Below, piece after piece: positions 39,604 through 52,982 of a stretch of DNA of 64,000 bases. Each line of letters starts with the position of its first letter. Positions within the stretch are counted from its first letter, which is position 1. The position numbers and the translations under genes were made by a program. The stretch is from contig MU008180.1 of NCBI GenBank assembly GCA_010909165.1, positions 681,884 to 745,883 of the forward strand, in the 5' to 3' direction. The DNA is from Anthoceros angustus. Its lineage: Eukaryota > Plantae > Anthocerotophyta. The notes under the pieces were generated by a model. That model saw only the letters and a list, made by a program, of their open reading frames with translations. It did not search any database and had not been told where the DNA came from.

Positions 39604-41142
39604 TCAGTACGTGGCCTCACAGGGGCGTAGAGAAACTCGTCCAGATGAGTTGCAGAAACTCACAGCGGGATAAATAAGCTTGGGAATGTCGGGCCAAGGA
39701 CCGTCTGAGCTAACCTCTACAGATTCTCCTTCTTGGGAAGCTTGTCTAATTGTAAAACGGCAGGTTCCTCTATCCAAATTCACGGTGACTTGCACTTCCG
39801 TCACATCGGATCTGAACGTCAAGCACTCAGCTGCCCTTACAGTCAATCCATTATGCCAGAACCTGGCACTGCCATCCAGGATCCAGCCATTGGAGCTATA
39901 TCCAAGCCACTGAGAATAATTTACCTCATCTGAGCAGAAGCCGATTCCGATGCCACTGGGATTAGAGGATATGGAAACGGTAACAATCCAGCTGTGCTCT
40001 CCACTACCTTTCAAGGACGAATATGTCCTCGCAAAGCCTGATATGTCTGACCCGCAGTAAAGTCCCCTTCCATCTGAGTCATCGTCGATGACAAGATCCG
40101 GGGAATGCGCATCAGGATGCCACTGCAGAACATATGGCCCTCGGTACATGATAGGTGTACTCATGCTCAGAGTCAGGGCATGGTGGCAGAGAGCCTCAAG
40201 CAGCATATCGGCAGGAACAATCTTCAACGGCTTTATCTCCAGGGCAATGTCCTGGGGGTGTATCAACCTAAAATCTATCAACGGAAGGAAAGGCTCAGCA
40301 ATCGTGGCTATGCTCTCCAACAATTCGGCGGTCCCCGGCACAAAGCTATCGATATCAAAGCTCTCATCATCCGTGATCCCGTCGTATACCGTATACAATT
40401 GCTGCTGGGCGTCTTCCGATATCTGATAAGCCGACCAGTGTAGCAAGTACTGAAAGATAGAGAACTCGGAAGAGCAGAAGGAGAAACTGGACGCCCACGG
40501 CTCTGAACACTGCAGCGTCCTGGACAACAGAAACTCCAGCGCCCTGGCACTCAACTTCCCGTACGCCAGGGTTTCGATCGGCCGGGAGAAGATCTTCTTG
40601 AGCAAGAACTCGAAGAAGGAGGCATCCAAATCGGTCGGCAAGCATTCCAGCGCCAGCGACAGCGTCTCCGCCGACCGATCCTGTTCACCCCCGCCGCCCG
40701 AGAGCTCGGCCATCTCCGCCACCACGCTCCCGATCACCTCTTCCATATCATCCGTGAGCTGGAAGTAGCGCGCCGCGTGGATAACATCCACCGGCGCCTC
40801 CCGGACCCGCTTGGCTGAGAAGCACCCGGATGTGCAGAACTCCAGCAGCACCTGCAACGCCTCCGTCCTCATCCTGGGAAACGGAATGGTCACCACCTCC
40901 GACATCGGCTGCGCCTCCTTCATCCCGCTCAGCAACATCCGCTTGCACACTGGCGACCGCACCGCCAGATTGTACCGGCAGCCATAGAGCACAGCGCCGC
41001 TGGCGCTCACCAGCTTCACGTCGCTGAAGGGATATGCGACCGTGAAGTCCGTCAGATCAAACGCCGAGGCCCGCCCCGGCCGCTGCCGCTGTCGCGGGCT
41101 GCTCTCATCCGTTGCTCTTCCTTCCATTCCCACAAACTCCAT
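39604..41142 (-). CDS. Intronless BTB/POZ-BACK-SPRY(B30.2) protein, putative CUL3 substrate adaptor
   Basis: BTB: SDVKLVSASG..YGCRYNLAVRSPVCKRMLLSGMKEA..LQVLLEFCTSG. BACK-like: EFSIFQYLLHW, LPLIDFRLI. SPRY: GEHSWIVTV..GIGIG..WLGYSSNGW..VTVNLDRGTCRF..IYPAVSF. ATG at 41142. Confidence 0.85.
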   Translation of the reverse strand: MEFVGMEGRATDESSPRQRQRPGRASAFDLTDFTVAYPFSDVKLVSASGAVLYGCRYNLAVRSPVCKRMLLSGMKEAQPMSEVVTIPFPRMRTEALQVLLEFCTSGCFSAKRVREAPVDVIHAARYFQLTDDMEEVIGSVVAEMAELSGGGGEQDRSAETLSLALECLPTDLDASFFEFLLKKIFSRPIETLAYGKLSARALEFLLSRTLQCSEPWASSFSFCSSEFSIFQYLLHWSAYQISEDAQQQLYTVYDGITDDESFDIDSFVPGTAELLESIATIAEPFLPLIDFRLIHPQDIALEIKPLKIVPADMLLEALCHHALTLSMSTPIMYRGPYVLQWHPDAHSPDLVIDDDSDGRGLYCGSDISGFARTYSSLKGSGEHSWIVTVSISSNPSGIGIGFCSDEVNYSQWLGYSSNGWILDGSARFWHNGLTVRAAECLTFRSDVTEVQVTVNLDRGTCRFTIRQASQEGESVEVSSDGPWPDIPKLIYPAVSFCNSSGRVSLRPCEATY

Positions 41143-42837
41143 CTCCCTCCCGCGAAGGTCCTTGCTTTGCGTACACTGGTGCGAAGGGTGGAGGAAAAGA
41201 AAGCCAATTTCCCGTTCGACGCGGGCCCCGCGCTCCCGGCACGAGGTCACCGGCTTTCACCGGTTCCGGTCGCCCTTCCAATGCGCAACCGTATTTCTAT
41301 TTCTACCCCCAATGTGCGACCTAACAAACAAAACTCGTATTCTTAAATAACCTACACAATCCTTGAATTGAAGGTTAACGAGGTACCATTTGCACATACA
41401 TATATATATATGTCTGTCTTTTATTACATAGCGGGATTTTTCATACAGCTCAGAATTAGATAGAGGTTTAGAAAAGTACGCCTCGCAAAGGCATACCATA
41501 ATATTCATGCCGGCCTTTGCTAAATGGGCGGGTATCTAAATAATGAAACCATCCCATGGAAAGTTAGAATGCCTGCAAAATTATGCCTCTGCAGGCCAAA
41601 ATTGACTTAATAGGGATGAAATCTGGTCTATCTTGTCACAACCATGTCTGCCAAGTGACCAAAAGGTTGAATACGGAGCCAGGACTATCTTGTTGTGCCA
41701 CAAAATGAAGAGTAGACTTCATGTATCGTCTATGATCCTCATAGCCAATTTGGTGCACACAATCGGAGGAGTAGGTTAGAGGCTTTTCCATTGAATCTTC
41801 TGCCTTGATTTCCATTGAATCTTCTTGTGCCTCATTTTCACTAAATCTTCTACCCTAATTTCCACCAATTTATAGAAGTACTTGGCTATATTTTCATACT
41901 TGTAACTATTAGTAAGTTGTTAGGTTATTGATGGCCTAACAACTAGAGTTAGTGGTACAACTAGAGTTCCTTATTTTTAGGTAGCTAATTGGGCGATTTG
42001 TATTCGTCTGCTGTTTAAAGGTGGAGGTAGCTACTTGTCCGATTTCAATACTACTTTCAATGCAGCCGTGAAAACTTGGCGCTATAGAAATGCTGCATAT
42101 AGACATTGGCCCAACACTCACGGTGGCCAAACATGAGTGGTGTCGCACGAGGTAAGCATTTGCATTCATATGAGCACTTCCTCAACAGACAACCAAGCAA
42201 ACAAATCTAATATGAAAATATAGGTGCAAACAAATAACAATAGGACAGAGTAGCTTGCATGTCGTGGCACAAACACACTCTCCTCACAAGAACAACACAT
42301 AAATTCCTCACACATCGCTCTCAAAGTCATAGCTTTGGCCTCCTCACAACACTCTTGCATTGCATATCTAGAGGACAAATTATGATCTGAGCTTGTCCTG
42401 TGTGAAACAGTCTATATGCTAAAGCATATTACTTGTGCTTATCCACTTAGCTCTTGCTATAAATAATTAGATTACCCCCCAAAGAAGGCGAGTAACTACG
42501 AGGCAAGGCAGAAGAGGTCACATCGAAATGCACTTTTGGAATGAGTGTATCTTGTTTTGCATGAGCATAACATAGGAGTTGTAGTGCCCCCGCAGAAGTT
42601 TGAGTGTTCGTGTGGTGTGAGAGGTCTGCTTGCAAAAGGCACATTTTTTCTAACATTATATGTAAGTAAAAACCGTATGATTTTTCTTCAAGTATAATGC
42701 ATAGTTTTCACATAAAAACATGTTTTATTAATGTAACTCAAATTCATAACGTTCATATAAAATTATGTATAAAGAAAAAAACAAAGAGCTCACTGCAGTC
42801 ATGGGGCATGTCATATTATGTTAAAGAAGTTTTATAT

Positions 42838-43651
42838 TTATATGCGCATGTAGCATCCGGGTGGCACTTTAATACTCTTCATCACAATATTGTTTATCCC
42901 GGTACTCTTGTTTAGAATAATAATTTTGAACTTCAAAACTTGGAGTTGGAACGTTATGATTACGTCGTTGGTAGAACTCATTTTCTGTTTTGAATTTTTA
43001 AGTTTTTTCAGCAAATTATTATGCTCCTTGCAAGAATTTTTTTTGTGGAATTGCTTGCAGGTAGTAGTTCCCTCATACGCCTTGTATGACATGCGAGATT
43101 TTTGGATTTGAGTATCAAAAATCTCTCGGCACCTTTTATCCAAAAGAATAGTTTGTGCTTCTAAAATTAGTTGGAAAGCATTCGCAGCTCCATCTTCTTA
43201 ATTCTTGTCAGGATGTAGCAGCAAAGCTAGGTTCTTGTACCTTTTTTTAATGGTATTCGCATCTGCAAGTGGGTCAACTTGGAGAAGCCCGTACCAATTA
43301 TACATGGGACCTGATGAACCCAAGGATAATTTATTTTGTTTTGCTGCAATTTCCACCTCCAAGATGGCGAGGAGGTAAGTAATATCGTTCATTCCTGATT
43401 ATTAGGAACAATTAGTGCGTTTAGTTCTACGTGCACTATTTACGTCTCGCACGAAAGAGGGGAAACATGGACATGGACGTGCCATGTATTAACGACGAAA
43501 CAAGGAAAGTGTTGTCTTCACCTGAATAGATACTTGGGAAAAGTTTTTGTGCTTGAAGTAACAAGTTTTTTGCTCCCTCCAGATCATTTTCTATTCTTTT
43601 AGTGTGGGCGCACTTCATTAATTTATTAATCGCCATCTTTGTTTTGTCCAT
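42838..43651 (-). pseudogene. Class C J-domain (DnaJ, DUF3444-family-like N-terminus) pseudogene with a premature TAA
   Basis: Exon 43651-43522, GT-AG intron 43521-43395, then GMNDITYLLAILEV..NWYGLLQVDPLADANTIKKRYKNLALLLHPDKN*EDGAANAFQLILEAQTILLD. Stop at 43200-43198; the frame reopens afterwards. TATATAAA at 43793-43786. Confidence 0.8.
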
Positions 43652-45971
43652 CCTCGTCACTTTAATGATAAGGAGGAAGGCTACTTCACTTGAGCCTTTA
43701 ATGATGTGCAAAGCGCAGAGAAGGCAAGAGAAGCTAGAGCAGCATAAATAGTATTCTCTTGCAACTATTCATCATTGCCCTCACCTTTATATAGGACCTA
43801 CATTGCCTAACTAATTTAGAAAGTTTTCTAAATTAGAAAATATTTTCCATAAGATTACTTGGAACATAAATAACCAACCATATGTTGCGCCAATATAGCA
43901 TGCATCTATGCATGTGAAGGTAGGAACTAGGCTACAAGCATAGCATGCATGTATGCATATGGAGGGCAATGTCCCATATGTGCTCATCTCCAATGAGCCT
44001 CGAAGGGCGGAGTCCATATGTGCGCATGGCCAATGAGTGGGCCTACGCACATGCACGTAGGTGGACACGCACAAACAGTGTCGTGACTTCATTAATCATT
44101 GACAAGCCACGTCTAATTTTATTGGAATCAGCCCGACAGATTGAGAGGCTTTATGAAAGGTGGCGAGAATCTTAGCGTAAAGAAGAAGGAATCATGAGGA
44201 ATTTGGACAAGGGAGAACTTTGGCACGAACGATGTAAAACTTTATACATAGTGTATGGGCCACTCAAAAGGATAAGGGAATAGAAGGCAACCGGCTGAAT
44301 TTCTTGTTAGACTAACAAGGCAAAAGTTTTGGCGAAGGAAAGTGAGTTTAGTTGAGCAACATTCTATGTTTGAAAACTTTTACGCAAATCTCAATGTGGC
44401 GCATACAGAGCGTTGAGGTGATGCAAAATGAAAAAGTTAGAGGCATGTGTGGGGTGATGAAGGCTAGGAAGAAACAAGGAGCAAAGTTTTTGTATGCCAA
44501 AGATTGTATGTAAGAAGGAGATTGTGCAAAGTACCTACAAGATGAAGTGCTTTAAAACCGAGACACGGCCGGGGTTTCAAGTCGCGAGTCGTTGAAGCGA
44601 GAACCAGCACGGGAGGGAGGAGCATGGACAACATTCGGCAACGGTTTTCTTGGGTCACAAAGCAATCTTGGACAATGTGGGGAGGCGCCGCAGCCATGGC
44701 AGGCAAGAAGAAGGGCGATACGCTATGGGACAAGGTAAAAGTGGCGAGGCAAACAAGGGCAAAATTGTTGAAGAAGGTCGAGGAGCAAGAAGCAGAGCTC
44801 AAGCGGGCAAGAGAAGCTAGGGGTCCGGAGTTGGGTCGGCTGCAGGACGCCTTGGTCTGTGAGGGAACAACGGAACACACCATTTAAGCCTGCAACCGCA
44901 ATTTTTGATTCCAAAACCGTTCGGTAGAAGCGGGTAGGGAGGAAGGCCAGAAGGAGCACGGGGAGGAAGAGCAAGAGGGGAAGACACTAATCAAACACTA
45001 AATCCAAGTACTGAGATTAATGTCACACGGCATGATAGTGGTTAAATCACAAGCTATTGTGTAACTTAAACCTCCATGAGATTCTAGCGGACCATATTGT
45101 TAGTGTGTATCAAATAAGAAAGCTGACACAATTTGTAATCTTGTATGTGATGGATTCATTGTCTAGTGCACTTAGCAATGTGAAATTAGCAATGGATGTC
45201 ACATTTAGAACAAATAATTGGAAGGTCTCTATATCCTCTTCTATTTGTATTTTGGTTTGATAATCTTATGTTTGTTGCATATGATTGATATTATGTTCAA
45301 GCACAATTCCAATTATTCACGTGATTGTTTTTTAACAACCACATGAACAGTATCCTAACAACATGAATAATGATAAAATAAGGAACAAGTAAAGTGATTG
45401 GAGATTGTCTTGCAGCATTGATGTCATTTAGAGACTTGAGAGGAGCCAAAACAATTTCTCCAAGAGCTGCCAAATAGGAGTAGGTGGATTAGGAACTGCC
45501 TACAAAAGCTTGATGGACAATAGCAAGAAAGTAGCAAGCAAGAGGGTTGGGAGAATTATGGGCTATATATATGCAGAAGAGATCCATCGATTGAAAATCT
45601 AACGCCTTCCTTGTTGATGACTGTAATGCAGCACAAATCAACATTTTTTTTTTGCAAAAATATATGCAGAAATCAATGTCATTATGTTTGTTTGTGAGTC
45701 TAGCACTTTGCTTATGGCATGTTATGCGAAGGTAGGTCTCTTTGTCAAGTGCTAGCAGTAGGGATGGACACGAAGCATAGAAGGAACTTTACAAAGAAAA
45801 GATTATTCCGCGTATCGTCATCTTCATTCTTGATGAACTTGAGCGAAAAGCAATATCTAAGTACATAGCCTTGCGTAACTCGAACATGTGTATCTCGTCT
45901 CGTTCCTTGCATGAAAAGAGGACGAGCAATATCTAAATAATCTTGTGTGATTTATGCATGTGTGTCTTACG

Positions 45972-46209
45972 TCTTACCTTAATCATGTCTATATGAAAGA
46001 GTTTCTGTAGTGGACTAAGTAACAATCGTTCCATTGCAACAACTATGTCTGGTAGCCTCCGGGACTAACCCTAGTGGCTAACCAAGTATATCTTACCTTA
46101 ATCATGTCTATATGAAAGAGTTTCTGTAGTGGACTAAGTAACAATCGTTCCATTGCAACAACTATGTCTGGTAGCCTCCGGGACTAACCCTAGTGGCTAA
46201 CCAAGTATA
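45972..46209. repeat. Apparently perfect 119-bp tandem duplication
   Basis: tcttaccttaatcatgtctatatg...accaagtata begins at 45972 and again at 46091. Confidence 0.92.
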
Positions 46210-46612
46210 TCTACTAGCCAGCCAAGCTAAGCAAGTAATCTCTCCAAATGGACACACATTTATAAGAACATGGTGATTAAGCACCCTGAGATTAGATCGG
46301 TACTTAGATGGAGTGCCTGAAGGAAGTGGATGCCCTTGGTGCAAGTAGCTTAGGCACACCATGATACAAGTTGTGAAGTACCAAGTCCCATGACGGAAAT
46401 CAGTCCTTAGTGGACTTAAATAAAATTCCTCTTCTTCTTCTCCGAGGACGATTCAACATGGTACGAGTAACAGGTTAGCCGGTCGCCCTTTCTGTGGTTT
46501 TTATCCCCGCCCAAGGGTCACTTACGTATTGATATCATCAGATCTTTTGCAAAGGCAAAACATCATGTTTCGTCATTGACGCGAGGCCTATCTATGATGA
46601 CTTGCAAAACGA

Positions 46613-49600
46613 ATGCGACTGCACCTTCACCCGATCGTGAAGGTGGGTGGGTTCCGGCGGAGTGGCGGGTTCACTACGCGGCTATTCATGTCGCCAGCGA
46701 CCTTGGCAGCAGCAGCTCTGCAGCGCCCGCTCCTGCTGCATATCCCGCGCGGGTCGCGGCGTCTCGCCGAGCTCTGCTTTCTGGGCGGGTTGGCGTGGCG
46801 GCGGCCGCAACAGCGGTTTTGGGTTTGCAGTGCGGCGAAGGCAGCTGAAGAGAAGCCCGCGTCCAGGAAATCGGGGCGGCGCGTGAGTGCTGTCATTGAA
46901 TCGAGGCCGGCAGAGCCTCAGCCTGTGGAGGCTGCTGGAGCTGCGGCTCGTGCATTGGAGGACGCGCCCGCGCACGCTGTGCTGGTGCCGAAGAAGCGCG
47001 GCCGGGGACGGCCGAAGTCGGCCGCATCCACAATTCAGGCGGGAACGCAGACCCAGGAGCTGATTCCCTCGACAGCAGTCGCAGGGATTGAGCGGCAGCT
47101 AGGCGGGGACGGGATTGGTGCATTGCTGCCATCGGTGAAGGCGGAGGAGGAACCGCGTCCTGCCGATTCAGAGCTTGCAGTACAGAAGCCGCGGCGTGCT
47201 CGGGTCAGGAAGGTGTCTGTTGCGTCCGCCGTGGTTGTCGACGAATCTGCGCCGCCGACGGGTTTAGCCGTGAGCGCTGAGGAAAATTCGGCAGTTGCGG
47301 AAAAGCGCGCCACCAAACGCAAGTCGTCGGTATCCCTTGCCAGCGACGCGAACTCCGTTCATGAGGAATCTAATGGCTTTCCGCTCCTCAAGGCAGGAGT
47401 GGAGGCTACCGATATTGGACGACTAGCAACTAGCTGTTCTGTTTCTGTGGAGTTTCCGCGATCACGTCCTGCCCTCTTCCTCCCTCCTATTGACAAGGTC
47501 GTTCATCAGAAGGTAGAGAGTGTAGACAGAAAATCAGACTACTCGGTTTCCACGTCTGCAAGGACAAGGGGAGTCGATTCAGACTCGATGGCACCACGTC
47601 CCAGGAGGGGAGGACGGTCTAGGGATGCACATATCCACTCTGGAAGTTCGCACGCAACCAGCACCATCAGCTTTGTGCAGGCAAGCCAGTTATAACCCTC
47701 TTCCATCCCTGCCTGCCTTGTTTTTAGGGACCTTTGTCAAACCTGAATCCGAGAGGGTACCGATTTGATCTTCATTGGTGCCTCATGGGCAAACGAAAAC
47801 TCTTGCCGGAAGGCTGCAACACATTTGCAAACAGCAACAACAGCTATGTGCAGGCAAGCTGAGTTCGACTCTCACCTCCGTCGTCGATTGCATTTTTGTC
47901 CTAATTGGAGTTGTTTCCCCCTCTTTGTTTTGTTTGCATTTGGTAGCATATCCCGATTTACGTCCTTTAAGTTGCGACTGCTGGACGAACCTGGTCTTGT
48001 TTGTCTGTGAGCACCTGGTAAACACAAAAGCCGCTTCTTGGTTTGAGATAGAATGGTTCCCCTCTTTCAAAGCATGCAATGACGTTGAATGGTTTTGGCG
48101 CTAGATGGAAGTTCGGAGTGCCCTGCTTTTAGCATAGAATGCCAAGAGCTTTGGAAGCTAAGTCTGATATTAGGCACCGAGCAGCCTTCTTACTTGGTAC
48201 ATGTGGCTGTGGTGATCTGCGAGGATTCAAGTCTGCACCATGGGTCGTCTTCCAGTCATATGATTGTTCCCCTTTTCTGACCCTTGAGCTCAATTCCTGC
48301 TGCGTACTGAGGAAGTAGTGTATGCAGATTCTTGGCACTGGTATGGACACTGAAGACACTGCACCCAGTGTATTGCTCTTCTTCGACAAGCGCAGATTCA
48401 TCTTCAATGCTGGAGAGGTTGGTTTCTGGATGAGCCTTCTTTTTGGAATCATAGTGATCAATTGGTCCACTCTTTTCCTGACTTGCCTATATGGTACTAT
48501 GATGTTTTCTGCACAGGGTCTGCAGCGATTTTGCATTGAGCACAAGATAAAGCTTTCCAAGGCACGCAGCTGATCCTGTTTCTTATTCGATTTGTTTGGA
48601 AAAATGGGTATTTTTTTGCCCACGTTGTATTATTGCGATGTTTGAACGTTGTCTTAAGGAGATCTCTTGTTGTGCCCGAATATTCAGTTAACTGGTTCTT
48701 TTGGGGATGTCATGGTGCAGATTGACCACCTTTTCCTCACACGAGTTACGTCTGAAACTGCTAATGGAATTCCTGGTAATGGCTGTTGTGATTTGCCCGT
48801 TTTGTACAAGTTTCTTCCACTGTGTTGTTGGCTAGAAGCTCCGAACAAGTCCTTGAGCTGTGGTGTCGGCTCTTGGTTGTTGTCCCTTCGCAGGCTTGCT
48901 CCTGACTCTTGGAAATCTTGGCGATAGTAAAGAACCTGTAAGTGAGCTCTGATTCTTATATGGGGCGTACAAAGAACATGCAAGGTCCTTGATCTTTGTC
49001 TGCTTGAGGGCTTGGCTGCAGTGTCAATTTGGTTTGGACCCCAATTGTTCTACCGCATTTGTCCAACTTCTTGCCCTCAGCATTGCCCTCCTTCTGATGT
49101 TCGCTATGGACGTCTGTGCAGGTGAATGTATGGGGAACATCGGAGTTGCAATACTTTGTTGATGCTATGCGAACCTTTGTTCCGAATGCCTCAGTTGTAC
49201 ACACACACAGTTTCGGGCAGGCATTTAGTGACAACAATTCTGGAATGGAAGCCGCTGATACAGAAGTACTTTTTCATGACGAGTATGTGAAAATCTCGGC
49301 AGTTTTGCTTCACCCCTCCAGGAGTGCGGCTGGTGACATGAAACACCAAAGGAGTCTCAGTGTCAAGACTAGCTCAAATGATGGTGCTCGAGAAAATGAA
49401 GGTAATCAAGGTGTCAACCTAGCTTTTAGCTCTGCTCTTGGCTACAGCTGGTATGAACTTTTGGATGAGTTTTTCACCACTTGCTGCATTTTTCTTTTCA
49501 GGCCTTGAAGGCCATTATGATGGAACTAGATCAACAAGTGAAAGTGGAGACAAGTACAGAGCAGGGGACGTTTCTGTGGTTTATGTCTGCGAGCTTCCCC

Positions 49601-52374
49601 AAGTGAAAGGCAAATTTGATCCCATGAAGGCAACAGCACTGGGTGTGAGAGCTGGAAGAAAATACAGTGAGCTTCAAAATGGCAAGTCTGTTCCCCGAGA
49701 TGATAACACTGGAATGGTCAGTGTTTACATACTTGCTCATGTAAATTCTGGCGTTATTATGGTGCGTGCAGCTGAGCTGTCGTTGCTGATATAGGTTCAT
49801 CCACACGAGGTGATGGCGCCTCCTTCACCAGGTCCTATTTTTATACTGGTGGATTGCCCTACTCTGGACCATATACCAGCCCTCTTGTCGTCATCTGGTC
49901 TTAAGGACTTCTATCCTGGACAAACTCCGTCCAAGTTGGTGACATGCATGGTGCACATAGGTCCATACATTGTGACGAGTGACATCAGATACCAGGAGTG
50001 GATGGCACTTTTCTCCGAGACAAGCCACATTTTAGCTGGGCATGGATCGTAAGTGGGCAGTTGCACAGCTGCAAAAATATATCTTATAGGGTACTCACTA
50101 GGTATTTTTATTTTATTGTGCCGGATGCAAACCAGAAGTGAACACCTGACCTGTGCTAGTTGTTTGGCTGTTGGGAACAACCAGGCAGAACATTACGTCG
50201 CCAGTACTGAAGGCAAGTGCGAAGGTAATATCGTGGCTGAATTACATTTGCCCACAAGTTTTTCCAGACTGTGGCCTTGTGCCCAAAGACGAGTCTGATG
50301 CCGAGCTTAACAGTGGCCTAGAACCAGCTCAAGCTTGTGAAGAATTGGTAGAACCTCTGCAACAGGTATGGACGATGATGTGTATTAACTGTTTGTGGCA
50401 CTTTTAAGCACCACCTACTGTAACCATTTTCTTTGTCTGTCAGATTCCTGCACCCACATTTGTGATTTCAAAAGCAGCAAACCTTTTAAAGGTATTGACT
50501 TGGATTTCGTTCTTGGATTTTTTTGGTAGGAGGATGCAAGTGTCACAAACATGTACTGACTGGGTTTATCTGCAGTTTCGACTGCGCCCCCTGTCATCTG
50601 TAGGTTTGGACCTTTCATCCATATCGAGTGCATTCTGCCCTGGTCGTCTGCGAAAGCACCTGATATCAGACTTTCCTGATATTGAGAGGATCAGGGATGA
50701 GATTGCACAGATTTGGAATGTAGCATCAGATGTTAGACCACTTCCGCCAACTGGTATTACTGCACGGCCAGAGGCTGTAAATACTTACCCAGTGGAAGAA
50801 CCTTGGCTTCAAGATTTTTCCCTTCCACCTTGTGGCAGTCTTCAGGAGGACAAAGTAATTGAGGTCAGACACGAGGACCATACAAACAAGAATACGAGTG
50901 AAATGTTGTCAAGTGTTGAAGAGCTTCTTAAAAGTGATGTTGCTCAGCATACTCTTTCATCAGAGGATAGGGACAACAATGTTCTGCCAGATTGCCTTCA
51001 AAACTTACACAGGAGGGAAATGGAGATAGTATTTCTCGGTACAGGCTCATCCCAGCCATCAAAGTATCGAAATGTAAGTGCAATTTACATCCATCTGTTC
51101 AGTCGTGGTGGCATAATGCTCGACTGTGGAGAAGGAACCTATGGGCAACTCAAGAGGAGGTGAGGGAAGTTTTTTGGGCTTCCTGACTTTTGCTGGCACC
51201 AGGCATGTCGTTGTAGTCATGCTTTGATCACTTGGGAGGTTGGTTGTGGTATGTCAATTTTGTGCCATTTTGGAAGTCTAATTCTTGTGTCATGCGTTGG
51301 ACAGGTATGGACTTGAAGGTGCTGATGAGATTGTTGCCGGCTTAAAATGTGTGTGGATATCTCATATACATGCAGACCACCATACAGGACTTTCACGAAT
51401 TTTGGCAGTGAGAAAGTCTCTTCTGGAGAGACAGGGAGCGTTCTCTCCCATCCTAGTAATTGGGCCAAAGCAGTTGAAGAGATACTTGGATGCCTACACA
51501 AAGCTGGAAGACTTGGGAATGTATTTTTTGGACTGCAGCCAGACAACTGGCGAGGAAGACAACGAACTTCCTTCAGACCAGAGTCTAGATAGAAAAGATG
51601 TTAGCAGTGGTCTTATCCATGCATCTGTTGAAAGCGGTGTCCATACCAGCTCAGCAGCCGGCAGTAAAAGGATGAAGCAAATGCACAACTACTGGGTTCA
51701 GCCGGGCTACAATCTAGCAGGCCGTGATGAGGTTGGTCAGGAAAAACTGAAGGCTGCCTTAGCCTCCTTAGGACTTCGCAGCCTGGTCAGTGTGCCAGTT
51801 GTCCATTGTCCTCAAGCGTTTGGGGTCATCTTGGAGGCCGACAAAAGAACGGATCACACGGGGGTTGTAAGAGCAGGGTGGAAGCTGGCATATTCAGGGG
51901 ACACAAGGCCCTGCAAGACGCTTTTGAATGCGTGTCGCGCGGCAACTGTTCTAATTCATGAGGTGAGTTCCATCTAAACAGAATTTCCAATTTGAGCACA
52001 CTTTCCATTTGAACACAGTAAATTTCCTTTGCCTGAGAGTCTGTCTTTCACGCTGGCAGGCTACATTTGACGACGGAATGGGAGATGAAGCTCGAATGAA
52101 ACGACACAGTATGACTTGCGAAGCCATTGAAACAGGAAGACAAGGGAAGGTGTTTCGGACAATCCTTACACACTTCAGCCAGCGTTATCCGAAGATACCT
52201 GTTTTTGACGAAAGTTATACTGACAGCACCTGCATAGCGTTTGACATGATGAGCGCCAATTTGGCAGATTTGCATGTGCTTCCAAAGTTGCTGCCTGCGT
52301 TGAAGGTCTTGTTCAGGGAGGATTTGATCGTGGAAGAGGAAGCCGCTGAGGAACTGGAGGTTGTAGAATACTAA
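46613..52374 (+). CDS. TRZ: Long-form tRNase Z (ELAC2/TRZ3-4 type) with a long N-terminal extension, multi-exon
   Basis: VQILGTGMDTEDTAPSVLLFFDKRRFIFNAGEGLQRFCIEHKIKLSK, LGTGSSQPSKYRNVS, LDCGEGTYGQL, WISHIHADHHTG (HxHxDH), YSGDTRPC, HEATF, THFSQRYPKIP. Confidence 0.95.
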
Positions 52375-52982
52375 GTTTAGGGCAGGTGGTATGCCAAACA
52401 TCCATAGTTTCCCTTGGTTGACATGATTCTTCTTGGGTTGGAGCTGTGCCCAGTCTCGAGGATCTGCTGGGATCTCTTGATTTTCAGAGTCGAGAAGTTA
52501 GTCCAGTGTGGAGAATTGGGACCGTGAGTTTTGAGTGCAAAAGGCGAGACTGTTACCACACCAATTCACACCTAGTAGGAATGACGTGACCGAAATTCGC
52601 TTTTATTCATCAGACCGCGCGGTCATTTGTGTGCCCCAAAACTCTCTTATTACGCCTTTTTGAGTGCGAACCACTCGTCCACCTATAGAAACGCGGGAAA
52701 TGTGACTCGTCCGCCCGCGTATTCTAAACATTTTTCCTTACCTGCAGCTAGCACATTTATTCCGAGTGCTTCGCACTGCCTCTCAGACAGACATCGAGAC
52801 GCACAGCAGAATCCTCTCGTCTATCTCGAAACCGTCGAAACTCAGGAGGTGATCAATCTGTTATGCGTGGTCTTCGCTGGCATTTTACGATTTCCGCCAT
52901 GAGTTAATCTGTTATGGCTCTGCAAGAATCCTTCGAATCAGCCATTCTCTTTTCATTGCATTTACGAGTCCGCGTGCAGTGT

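Noticed and set aside
41936-42656. Cys-rich short ORFs downstream of the J-domain pseudogene (possible pre-SET or zinc-binding remnant)
   Set aside because: I could not assemble a consistent frame or a recognisable Cys spacing.
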